Shown here: positions 20,877-29,000 of the stretch, piece by piece
How the letters are laid out: each line of letters starts with the position of its first letter
How positions within the stretch are numbered: position 1 is the first letter of the stretch
Source of the DNA: Caldimicrobium thiodismutans
Lineage (GTDB): Bacteria; Desulfobacterota; Thermodesulfobacteria; Thermodesulfobacteriales; Thermodesulfobacteriaceae
Length of the DNA: 32,000 nucleotides
NCBI RefSeq assembly: GCF_001548275.1
Contig: NZ_AP014945.1
Location: 30,001 to 62,000 of the forward strand
Reading direction: 5' to 3'
Notes under the pieces: generated by a model
Database searches by the model: none
What the model saw: only the letters and a program-made list of their open reading frames with translations
What the model was told of the DNA's origin: nothing
Position numbers and translations under genes: made by a program

Positions 20877-21321
20877 AAGAATAGCAGTTATTGGGGCGGG
20901 GATTGCAGATCCCTATCTCTTTGAACTTGCCTATCAAGTAGGTTTTTCCCTTGGACAGAGGGGAGCTATTGTTTACACCGGGGGTTTAGGTGGGGTAATG
21001 GAGGCAGCCTCAAAAGGAGCAAGAGAGGCAGGAAGTGTTACTGTGGGTATTCTTCCTGGGAATAAGGCAGAAGAGGCTAATCCTTATGTTCTTATTCCTG
21101 TGATTACAGATATGGGACATGCCAGAAATGTTATCCTTGTCAGAACCGCTGAAATTGTCATCTCCATAGGAGGCGGCTATGGGACCCTTTCTGAAATTGC
21201 CTTAGCTTTAAAGATGTGGAAGCCTGTTATTGGACTTAAGACCTGGCAGGATATCCCAGGTGTTCACTATGTAGATTCTCCTGAAGAGGTTCTATCCAAA
21301 ATCTCAGAACTTTTGAGTTGA
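20860..21321 (+). CDS. TIGR00725 / LOG-like (SLOG) Rossmann-fold protein
   Basis: Contains [14 protein letters not shown] and [10 protein letters not shown] (PGGxGTxxE-like). I prefer ATG 20860 over the TTG at 20851. It overlaps the pcm 3' end. Confidence 0.7.
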   Translation: MDLKNRRIAVIGAGIADPYLFELAYQVGFSLGQRGAIVYTGGLGGVMEAASKGAREAGSVTVGILPGNKAEEANPYVLIPVITDMGHARNVILVRTAEIVISIGGGYGTLSEIALALKMWKPVIGLKTWQDIPGVHYVDSPEEVLSKISELLS

Positions 21322-22028
21322 AGAAACTTCCTAAGAGTTTGTAATTCCCTTTTTTTAAGGGATCTTATCTCTCCTGGTTGTAAATTTTTTAGTTTCAGTG
21401 GCCCAAAGGAGATCCTCAAAAGTCTCTTAACCCTACCTCCAAGAAAGCTAACCATTTTTCTAACTTCCCTTTTGACCCCTTCTTTAACTACAACCTCATA
21501 AATATATAACGGGCCATCCTTTTTAAGGAAGCGAAATTCTAAAGGTTTAATAATTTTTCCCTCTATTTCCACGCCTTTATCCAGTAAAGACTTAATTTTA
21601 TTTTCTAAGATTTTTGGTTTCACCCAGACCCAATAAGTTCTCCTAACTTCATATTTGGGATGAAGAAGCTGATTGGCTAAATCTCCATCATTGGTTAAAA
21701 GGAGTAGGCCTTCGCTATCTTTATCAAGCCTTCCAACAGGAAAGACCCTAAAGGGAAGTTTTTCTAAGAAGGCCCTAATAGTTTGGCGATGATGGGGATC
21801 ATGAAGGGAGGTAAGATATCCCCTGGGTTTATAAAACAGATAATAGACCTTAGGAGGGATCTTTAATACTTTTCCATCAACCATAACCTGATCTCTTTCT
21901 GGAGAGACCTTGTAGGAGAGGTCTCTGACAATCTGGCCATTAACTAAAACTTTGCCTTCTAAGATAAGGGATTCATTTTTTCTTCTGGAACCAAGCCCGC
22001 AGAGGGCAAGAAATTTAGAAAGACGCAT
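21267..22028 (-). CDS. Pseudouridine synthase, RsuA/RluB family, with S4 domain
   Basis: 253 aa with an N-terminal S4 domain (MRLSKFLALCGLGSRR) and the catalytic motif GRLDKDSEGLLLLTNDG. Confidence 0.88.
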   Translation of the reverse strand: MRLSKFLALCGLGSRRKNESLILEGKVLVNGQIVRDLSYKVSPERDQVMVDGKVLKIPPKVYYLFYKPRGYLTSLHDPHHRQTIRAFLEKLPFRVFPVGRLDKDSEGLLLLTNDGDLANQLLHPKYEVRRTYWVWVKPKILENKIKSLLDKGVEIEGKIIKPLEFRFLKKDGPLYIYEVVVKEGVKREVRKMVSFLGGRVKRLLRISFGPLKLKNLQPGEIRSLKKRELQTLRKFLQLKSSEILDRTSSGEST

Positions 22029-23423
22029 CTAATAAAGAACGACTTCCTCTTCCAGAGATGGAATATAAATCTTATCAGTCTTAAATCTTTCTCCAAGAAG
22101 ACCTCGGAAAACCTCCATCTTTTCAGGTTCACCATGAATTAAAAATATTTTTTCGGGATTTTTGAGGGGAGAAATCCACTCCAAAAGTTCCTTTTGGCCA
22201 GCATGAGAAGAAAAACCATTAATAGTATAAACTTTGGATCTTACAGGTATTTCTTCTCCAAAGAGATGAATCTTTTCCTCTCCATCTACGATTTTTCTTC
22301 CTAAGGTGCCTTTGGGTTGAAATCCAACAAAAACAAGACTGCATTCGGGTCTCCAAATATTATTTTTTAAATGATGTAGGATCCTACCACCACTTAAGGT
22401 TCCATTGCCTGCAATAATTATAGCAGAAGATTTAATCTGATTTATAGCCTTAGATTCCTCTACATCTTCAGTAAGAAATAGATTGGGCAAAGAGAAGGGA
22501 TCTTTATGATTAAAGATTTTTAAAGCTTCCTCATCATAAAACTCAGGATTATCTTTAAAGATACGGGTTGCCTTTATAGCTAAAGGGCTATCTAAAAAGA
22601 CATAACAGGAAGGTAAAAGCCCCTTTTCATAAAATTCTCTAAGGACAAATAGGATTTCTTGAGCTCTCTCTAAGGCAAAGGTTGGAATAAGGACATTTCC
22701 TCCCCGAGCACAGGTCTCTTTTATAACCTGAAGGAATTCTTCCTTAGATTCCTCAAAGGTCTTATGATTGCGATCCGCATAGGTCGTTTCAATTAATAAA
22801 AAATCTATATCTTCTGGAGGGAGATCAAAGTCTCTAACAATGGGTTTATTTTTGTTACCCAGATCCCCTGAAAAAAGAATTTTTTTTCCCTTCTTTAGGT
22901 CTTCAATTTCAACAGAGGCACTTCCCAAGATATGTCCCGCATCTCTCAGGGTGACTTTAATCTCCTTGTGAAGAATTAAAGGTGTGTAATAGGGAAGTTC
23001 TATCTGGAAGTATTTGAAGCTTTCCAGAACATCATATTCTTCATAAAGAGGGGGAGGGGGAAGATCAAGGCCTCGTCTAACTGATTTGCGGTAAAGAGTT
23101 TTATAATGTTCTCGCATAACCTTAGCTGCATCAAGCAGCATGATTCTTGCAATCTGAAAGGTTGGTCTTGTGGCGATTATTTTTCCTTGAAAGCCCTCTT
23201 TGACTAAACAGGGGAGTCTTCCACAATGGTCAATGTGGGCATGGGTAAGAATTAAATGGGAGATATCTTTAAGTTTACAAGGGAAGGGTAGGTAATTTTT
23301 TTTCGTTTCAAGGCCTTGAAAAAGGCCACAATCTATAAGGATTTTATGTTCCCGAAGGGTTAACAAAAAGGAGCTACCAGTTACACTTCGGGCTGCACCA
23401 TAAAAGGCAATTTTGGCTTCCAT
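22029..23423 (-). CDS. MBL-fold beta-CASP family hydrolase (CPSF/RNase J-like RNA-metabolising metallo-beta-lactamase)
   Basis: 464 aa with HAHIDHCG (HxHxDH). The length and C-terminal motif (GFSSHAG) are typical of beta-CASP proteins. Confidence 0.85.
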   Translation of the reverse strand: MEAKIAFYGAARSVTGSSFLLTLREHKILIDCGLFQGLETKKNYLPFPCKLKDISHLILTHAHIDHCGRLPCLVKEGFQGKIIATRPTFQIARIMLLDAAKVMREHYKTLYRKSVRRGLDLPPPPLYEEYDVLESFKYFQIELPYYTPLILHKEIKVTLRDAGHILGSASVEIEDLKKGKKILFSGDLGNKNKPIVRDFDLPPEDIDFLLIETTYADRNHKTFEESKEEFLQVIKETCARGGNVLIPTFALERAQEILFVLREFYEKGLLPSCYVFLDSPLAIKATRIFKDNPEFYDEEALKIFNHKDPFSLPNLFLTEDVEESKAINQIKSSAIIIAGNGTLSGGRILHHLKNNIWRPECSLVFVGFQPKGTLGRKIVDGEEKIHLFGEEIPVRSKVYTINGFSSHAGQKELLEWISPLKNPEKIFLIHGEPEKMEVFRGLLGERFKTDKIYIPSLEEEVVLY

Positions 23424-23427
23424 ATTT

Positions 23428-25440
23428 CTACCTCAAGGTTACGGTAAGAACCTGCTTGAGAGTGGTTTCACCCTTGAGCACCTTTAAAATACCATCTTGT
23501 TTTAGGGTTTGAAAACCCTTTATAAAAGCTACTTTTCTAATTTCCTGAGCAGGAGCATTATGAATAATAAGCTCTTTTATCTCATCATCAGGCACAAGGA
23601 TCTCATGTATGGCAATTCTACCTTTAAATCCTGTATAATTACAAAATTCACACCCTACTGGTTCATAGAGGGTTGCTTTGGCAAGAGTTTCATCACCGAG
23701 TGGAATCAAGGGATTTTCTCCATACTCTCTTTTGATGCGTTCTATCTCATTTTTTTCTGGTGCATAAGGCCTTTTACATTTTGAACATAGCCTTTTAGCT
23801 AATCTCTGGGCTATGACTCCCAAAAGAGAATCTGCAAAGTTAAAGGGGTCTATGCCCATTCCCAGTAATCGGGTAATAGTTTCTGGTGCTGAATTTGTAT
23901 GTAGGGTGCTCAATACAAGATGTCCTGTAAGAGAGGCTTCAATTAAAGTCTGGGCAGTTTCATGATCGCGTGTTTCTCCAATCATTATAATATCAGGATC
24001 AGCTCTTAAAAAGGATCTTAGGACCCGGGCAAAGGTAAGACCAATTTTTGGATTTACCTGAACCTGCCTTAACCCTTCTTGAACAATTTCTACAGGATCT
24101 TCCGCTGTCCAGATTTTACGATTGGGCTTATTTAAATGTTTAAGACAGGCATGCAGAGTTGTGGTTTTACCAGAACCTGTTGGTCCAACACATAGAATTA
24201 ATCCATAAGGAAGTTCAAGAATATTTTTTAGTTTATTATAATTTTCAGGCAATAAATCCAATTCTTCTAAGGCTCTAAATTCAATTCCTCCAAGAATTCT
24301 CATCACCACATCTTCATTATTTTCAATAGTAGGAAGAGTCGCCACCCTGATCTCAAAGGATTTACCATCCTTAGTGCGAAATTTTATTTTTCCATCTTGA
24401 GGAAGCCTTTTTTCAGCAATATCCAGATTAGCCATAACTTTTATACGGGAGATACAACCTTTTTTTTGATTTTCAGGAAGGGTGGTATATTCAAAGCACT
24501 CTCCATCAACTCTAAAACGAACTAAAAGCCCCCTCTTGCCGGTAAGGCTTTCCCAATGGATATCAGATGCCCTTCTTTTATAAGCCTCTTCAATTATAAA
24601 ATTAACTAAATTTACAATAGCGCTATCTAATAATTCCGCTTCTTCTTGGGGTTCTTCCTCTTCCATCTGTTCAAAATTAAGCTCTGCATCCTCAAAATAG
24701 ACATCATAATATTTTTCTATACCTTCAAGAATATCCTCTTTAAAAGATACTGCCAGTTTAACATCCGGAAGTTGAAGTATCCTTTTAACCAATTCTATTT
24801 TTTCGGTGTCGTCAGGATTATAACAAAAAAGAATGGTTGATTTATTAAATTCAAAGGGTACACAAAGATTTTCAATAAAAAATTGCTTTTTAATACTTAG
24901 AACCTTTGGAATCCTCCTTATCTTTCTTTGAGACAAAAGGGCCTTTAGGTCATAAGATGGAACGCGATAATATTCTTCTAAAGATTTCAAGATTTCATTT
25001 TTAGGTATTTTATATTTTTGTGTGATCAAAGTTTCAAGGCTTTTATCTTGTTCTAAAGACGATAGATAAAGATCTTTTAGAATTTCAAAGGATATATTGT
25101 ATTTTGAAGACAGGCTTTTATACCTTTCAAGAGACTTAAATACTTTTAACTTTTCAAGTTTTTCTAAATATTCTTCCTTGGGAAAGTTTTTTAAAAGGAC
25201 ATTTAAAATTGTAAGGGCCTCATGCAAACGAAGGGATTTTTCGCAAAGGTCTGCTGCATATTCCAAGAGCAACCTTTTGGTTGCCTGAGGAAGGCTCTTA
25301 TTCTTGGATAGTTCTAATATATGAAAGAGTAAGATATCGCTGGATAGTTCTTTGAAAAGATTCTCTAAAAAAAGCTTTATTTCTTCTAAAGCCTCTGGAT
25401 TTTTTTTAACAAACTCATAGAAAGCCTTTATTTTATCCAT
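23428..25440 (-). CDS. GspE/PilB-family secretion/pilus ATPase with extended N-terminus
   Basis: Walker A GPTGSGKTTT, Walker B/Asp box, His box and the tetracysteine CSKC...CEFC are present. One T2SSE_N-like domain is preceded by about 130 aa of helical sequence of unknown family. I prefer ATG 25440 (MDKIKAFY) to the TTG at 25449. Confidence 0.88.
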   Translation of the reverse strand: MDKIKAFYEFVKKNPEALEEIKLFLENLFKELSSDILLFHILELSKNKSLPQATKRLLLEYAADLCEKSLRLHEALTILNVLLKNFPKEEYLEKLEKLKVFKSLERYKSLSSKYNISFEILKDLYLSSLEQDKSLETLITQKYKIPKNEILKSLEEYYRVPSYDLKALLSQRKIRRIPKVLSIKKQFFIENLCVPFEFNKSTILFCYNPDDTEKIELVKRILQLPDVKLAVSFKEDILEGIEKYYDVYFEDAELNFEQMEEEEPQEEAELLDSAIVNLVNFIIEEAYKRRASDIHWESLTGKRGLLVRFRVDGECFEYTTLPENQKKGCISRIKVMANLDIAEKRLPQDGKIKFRTKDGKSFEIRVATLPTIENNEDVVMRILGGIEFRALEELDLLPENYNKLKNILELPYGLILCVGPTGSGKTTTLHACLKHLNKPNRKIWTAEDPVEIVQEGLRQVQVNPKIGLTFARVLRSFLRADPDIIMIGETRDHETAQTLIEASLTGHLVLSTLHTNSAPETITRLLGMGIDPFNFADSLLGVIAQRLAKRLCSKCKRPYAPEKNEIERIKREYGENPLIPLGDETLAKATLYEPVGCEFCNYTGFKGRIAIHEILVPDDEIKELIIHNAPAQEIRKVAFIKGFQTLKQDGILKVLKGETTLKQVLTVTLR

Positions 25441-25448
25441 GAGGATCA

Positions 25449-25476
25449 AATTTAATCAATTTTAAATATTTGTAAA
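25449..25476 (-). promoter_or_regulatory. Predicted promoter of the pilB-like operon, abutting the repeat R end
   Basis: The minus strand reads AGACTTATACA tggta TTTACA n16 TAAATT. ATG 25440 lies 8 nt after the -10 hexamer. Confidence 0.45.
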
Positions 25477-25608
25477 TACCATGTATAAGTCTATATCTTT
25501 TGAGACTCTATAGGATTTTTTTAGGACCTAACACAAATTAAATCTCTCCACATACCCATTCTCCTTCGGAAAGAAAGGATAAAAAATCTGCAAAATCTTT
25601 CCTTAAGT

Positions 25609-25643
25609 AGGGGTTTAAAATTTTAAACCCCTTGAATTTTTTT
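25609..25643 (+). terminator. Terminator-like palindrome + T7 inside copy C
   Basis: AGGGGTTTAAAA|TTTTAAACCCCT is a perfect 24-bp palindrome, followed by tgaaTTTTTTT. The orientation reads inward from the R end of the element. Confidence 0.4.
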
Positions 25644-25658
25644 GTGGGTCTGTTGTAG

Positions 25659-25742
25659 CACAGACATTCTTGTCTGTGTTTCTTTCATACATTGGAGTGT
25701 AATTTACCTCCACAGGCAAGATTGCCTGTGTTACTTTCAGAC
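25659..25742 (-). repeat. Tandem hairpin units inside copy C
   Basis: Hairpins CACAGACA ttct TGTCTGTG (25659-25678) and CACAGGCAA ga TTGCCTGTG (25711-25730). Each is followed on the plus strand by the complement of TGAAAG(T/A)AAC. Confidence 0.7.
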
Positions 25743-25840
25743 TTTTAAAACCTCCCTTGTATAGATATCTAATTCCTCTTTTACCCCACTTCTTTTTTCT
25801 TGTAAAGATATGAACTTATGCATTACCAGCACCGTGAAGA

Positions 25841-26788
25841 TTATAATTTTTTTAATTTAGCTACATAAAAACCTACAGCTTTAGTTTTATGAGCAAAAAA
25901 TCTTTTTGTCTTAGCCAGTTCGGGATGAAATGCCTTCCCTTGCCATTCAGTTAGCCCTGCATCCCAGGGCAAAGGAGCCTCCCAGTCAAGAACTTGAACA
26001 GCCCTTTTTCGCAAAAGATAATCTACTACTGCCTCATTCTCTTCAGGATTGATGGTGCAAGTGCTGTAAATCAATATACCTTCAGGTTTTAATAAATCAT
26101 AAGCCCTTTGGAGAAGTCCCTTCTGAATAGAGGGGAGATTTGATCTTCCTGAGCCCTTCTGATAAAGTATTTCCCCTTCAAGGCCCACTTTATATCTTCC
26201 CTCGCCTGAACAGGGTGCATCCACTAAAACCTTGTCAAATTGAAGGCTTAAAGGGAACTCCTCTCCTTTATATCTTGTAATTACAACACTTGCTACACTT
26301 AGTCTTTTCAGATTGGCAGATAGAGCAGTTAAACGATCAAATCTCTTATCATTAGCAATGATAACAGCCCTGTCAAAAGTTATCATAGCCATAAGGGCGG
26401 TTTTCCCCCCGGGAGCTGAACATAGGTCAAGAATTAGTTCTCCTGGCTTAGGATCAAGGGCTAAAACAGGAAGAGCACTGCTTAAGGTCATAGAATGTAT
26501 GAGTCCCAGGGCATATTCTTTTAAATTACCAAGAGCGACCTCTTCATTATTAACTACCCGATAAAACTTATCTATTTCCCTTATTTCTTCAATTTCTACT
26601 CCCTTTTGCTGGATTAAATTTAAAAGCTTTGGGATATCTCTTTCAGAAACCTTTAAATTATTTATGCGAAAATATTGTTGATGAGGAACTTTAAGGTATT
26701 CTAAGAATTTATCAAATTCAGGAATAATCTGAGAGTAACGAGAAAAGTAATCAAGATAATTAAAGGGTGTTTTATTGTCTCTGGCCAT
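25841..26788 (-). CDS. NOL1/NOP2/Sun (RsmB/RsmF-like) RNA m5C methyltransferase
   Basis: 315 aa with the motifs DLCSAPGGKT and DAPCSGEG and the catalytic TCT. Confidence 0.85.
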   Translation of the reverse strand: MARDNKTPFNYLDYFSRYSQIIPEFDKFLEYLKVPHQQYFRINNLKVSERDIPKLLNLIQQKGVEIEEIREIDKFYRVVNNEEVALGNLKEYALGLIHSMTLSSALPVLALDPKPGELILDLCSAPGGKTALMAMITFDRAVIIANDKRFDRLTALSANLKRLSVASVVITRYKGEEFPLSLQFDKVLVDAPCSGEGRYKVGLEGEILYQKGSGRSNLPSIQKGLLQRAYDLLKPEGILIYSTCTINPEENEAVVDYLLRKRAVQVLDWEAPLPWDAGLTEWQGKAFHPELAKTKRFFAHKTKAVGFYVAKLKKL

Positions 26789-27428
26789 TTAAAAGAAGGT
26801 TCTTTAACTCTTTATGATCTTTGGCCACAATGTCTGCAAGGGAGAGATGTTCAGGTTTTAGGGTTGTGGTGATAGCAATACAAAAAAGACCAGCCCGTTT
26901 AGCTGAGAGAATTCCAGCTGGTGCATTTTCAATAACTGAAATCTTTTCTACATCAGCTCTAAGGATATCTTTTGCTTTTAAATAGGGATCAGGATGGGGC
27001 TTTCTTTTCTCAACCTTATCTCCAGTGAGGATTACCTCAAAGTAATTTTTTAGGTTTTCAGGGAATACCTCCCTCAGAATCTCTTCACTGGAGGAGGTAA
27101 CAAGAGCTAAGGTTCGTCCTTCTCTCTTGAGTTCCTGAAGAAGCTCTGGAACCTCGGGAAAGGGTTTTATCTTTTGAGAAAATTTTTCTTTAAAAATCCT
27201 TTTTTGTAATCTAAAGGCCTTTTCAAAAAAGGCTTGAGTTGGCTCAACCCCTTTATTTAAAAAGAGGGTCTTTGCACTTTCAAGCTCAATAGCTCCTTCA
27301 TGGAGATATATCTCTTCTTCAGTAAATTCAAGGCCAAACTCCTGAAAGGCAAGAATCCAGGCCTTGGCGTGATAGGGCATGGAATCAAGAAGGACTCCAT
27401 CAAGATCAAAGAATAAGAAGTCTTTCAT
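26772..27428 (-). CDS. HAD-superfamily hydrolase (beta-phosphoglucomutase-like subfamily IA)
   Basis: 218 aa with FDLDGVLLDS (motif I), VTSS (motif II) and a K...E/D-type motif III. Confidence 0.85.
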   Translation of the reverse strand: MKDFLFFDLDGVLLDSMPYHAKAWILAFQEFGLEFTEEEIYLHEGAIELESAKTLFLNKGVEPTQAFFEKAFRLQKRIFKEKFSQKIKPFPEVPELLQELKREGRTLALVTSSSEEILREVFPENLKNYFEVILTGDKVEKRKPHPDPYLKAKDILRADVEKISVIENAPAGILSAKRAGLFCIAITTTLKPEHLSLADIVAKDHKELKNLLLNGQRQ

Positions 27429-27685
27429 CTGGAAAACCTTTCCTTAAGCTCAGCCTCTGTCAATCCTTCTATTGAAAGGACCTTTCTTTTTGAGGTCTTT
27501 CCCTGTATTATTTTAATAGCATCAACGCTTTTTTCAAAAACCCTTGCTAAAAATTTACAAAGGGCTAAGTTTGCCTCATTATTTTCTGGTTTTGCCCTTA
27601 GAGAAATCTCCATATAATCAGGTTCTTTAAATACAAGAATTTCATCTCTCCCAGAAGAGGGCTTTACTTTTACCTTTAAAAGCAT
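27425..27685 (-). CDS. yggU: DUF167 (YggU) family protein
   Basis: 86 aa with the pattern VKVKPSSGRDEI...ISLRAKPENNEAN..L..FLA. It is adjacent to yggT, as in the common yggT-yggU pairing. Confidence 0.78.
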   Translation of the reverse strand: MLLKVKVKPSSGRDEILVFKEPDYMEISLRAKPENNEANLALCKFLARVFEKSVDAIKIIQGKTSKRKVLSIEGLTEAELKERFSR

Positions 27686-27690
27686 ATCTT

Positions 27691-27966
27691 TTAGAATCTG
27701 AAAGTAAATCTAAAGATAAGTTCTTTGATAAAATATATCAGAAAAATGACTAAAATTGGGCTTAAATCAAGGCCATAAATTGGGGGAAGAATTCTTCTAA
27801 TAGGTCTTAAAACAGGCTCTGTAGCTTTGTAAAGAAATCTTACTACAGGATGATAAGGAGATGGATTTACCCAGGATAGAATAGCTCTGGCAATTATTAG
27901 CCATACATAAATAGTTAAAAGTAAATCCACAACCTGTAAAAGAGCTCTGAAAAGGGCATCTAACAT
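27691..27966 (-). CDS. yggT: YggT family membrane protein
   Basis: Shows the YggT pattern (YVWLIIARAILSWV). I prefer ATG 27966 (MLDALF...), which overlaps the upstream gene by 7 nt. The track instead uses the TTG at 27984. Confidence 0.78.
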   Translation of the reverse strand: MLDALFRALLQVVDLLLTIYVWLIIARAILSWVNPSPYHPVVRFLYKATEPVLRPIRRILPPIYGLDLSPILVIFLIYFIKELIFRFTFRF

Positions 27967-29000
27967 ATTTTTCCAAAGGGGCAAACGGGATATCTACATT
28001 CAGCACAATTATAGCAATACCCACCATGCCCGAGTTTAGCAATATCAAGTCTTGTAAGGGTCTCACCTGCAAGCACTCTGGGGAGTATGAGGTCAAGGAT
28101 TGTGATCTTAAAAAACATGGCACAAGCAGGGACCCCCAGAAGAGTTTGTCCACTTTTTAAGCGGGCATAAAGAAACATATTGCCAGGTAAAACCGGGGTT
28201 CCATAAAGATAAATCTCGGGATCAAGCTCACGGATGGCTACTTTGGTAAGGTCATCGGGATCAACAGACATACCACCAGTTATAAGGATAACCTCGCACC
28301 CTCTTTGAAGAAGATTGCTTAGATTTTCTTTTATAAAATCTTTATCATCCGGTGCAAAAAGGGGGCCTTCAATCTTTAGACCAAATTTTTCAAGCTTGGG
28401 AAGCATTTTTGGTGCAAAGGCATCCTCAATTCGGCCGTAAAAAACCTCAGATCCAGTAATTACAAGGCCTGCCTTTTCAAGTTTTTTAGGTAATATTCTT
28501 AAGACCTTAGTGGGATATTCACTACAGATTTTCTCTACTTCTTCTAAGAGAGTTTTTTTAACCACCAAAGGAATAGCTCTTCCCCCTGCAATGGCCTCTC
28601 CCTTTTTTACCCAAAGATTGGTGTGTTTGGTGGAGAGACTTATTTCTCCGAGAAGATTAATTCTTAATAACGCCTCCGTTTCAATCTTAAGAAGACCTTC
28701 ATAAACCGCTTTAAAATTCACTTTTCCCTCTCTTATTTCTTCAGACCATTCTACACCCTCTCCTGCCACTGCTTTTGCAAGCCTTAAGGCAGCCTCATCT
28801 TCATGCAACTCATCTTCCTCAAGTTCAAGGACATAGAGGTGGTTTTTACCTAAATCTTTAAGCTTAGGAATATCCTCAATTCTCACAATGTGGCCCTTTT
28901 TAAAACGAGCTCCTTTAAATACACCTGGCACAATTTCTGTGATATCATGCGGAAGAACCATACCTACTGCTTCCTCAACAGGAATACTTTTATATCTCAT
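27960..29000 (-). CDS. Molybdopterin-binding (MoCF_biosynth/MoeA-like) domain protein with Cys-rich C-terminus
   Basis: 346 aa. The central segment GLVITGSEV...ILITGGMSVDPDD resembles a MoaB/MogA/MoeA-type MPT-binding fold. The C-terminus is CYNCAECRYPVCPFGKIC. The precise function is unknown. Confidence 0.65.
   Translation of the reverse strand: MRYKSIPVEEAVGMVLPHDITEIVPGVFKGARFKKGHIVRIEDIPKLKDLGKNHLYVLELEEDELHEDEAALRLAKAVAGEGVEWSEEIREGKVNFKAVYEGLLKIETEALLRINLLGEISLSTKHTNLWVKKGEAIAGGRAIPLVVKKTLLEEVEKICSEYPTKVLRILPKKLEKAGLVITGSEVFYGRIEDAFAPKMLPKLEKFGLKIEGPLFAPDDKDFIKENLSNLLQRGCEVILITGGMSVDPDDLTKVAIRELDPEIYLYGTPVLPGNMFLYARLKSGQTLLGVPACAMFFKITILDLILPRVLAGETLTRLDIAKLGHGGYCYNCAECRYPVCPFGKIC

Larger units (their letters stand above)
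25482..25822 (-). repeat. TIR-bounded intergenic repeat (MITE-like), copy C; 341-bp form
   Basis: The R end is TGTATAAGTCTATATCTTTTGAG at 25482 and the L end is AAAGATATGAACTTATGCA ending at 25822. Its reverse complement aligns along its whole length with copy D, except for a 13-nt insertion and an insertion of about 100 nt (roughly 25501-25608). Confidence 0.8.

Noticed and set aside
25476-25828. Target-site duplications flanking the repeat copies (for example aTACCA / tTACCA around copy C, AAAGG around copy B)
   Set aside because: The candidate duplications require different boundary choices in different copies. None is visible for copy D, so no consistent duplication length can be claimed from five copies.
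27797-28153. 118-aa minus-strand ORF overlapping yggT and the MPT-binding-domain gene
   Set aside because: It is an out-of-frame shadow of two well-supported genes on the same strand. Its composition is low-complexity and Cys/Ser-rich, with no start signals.
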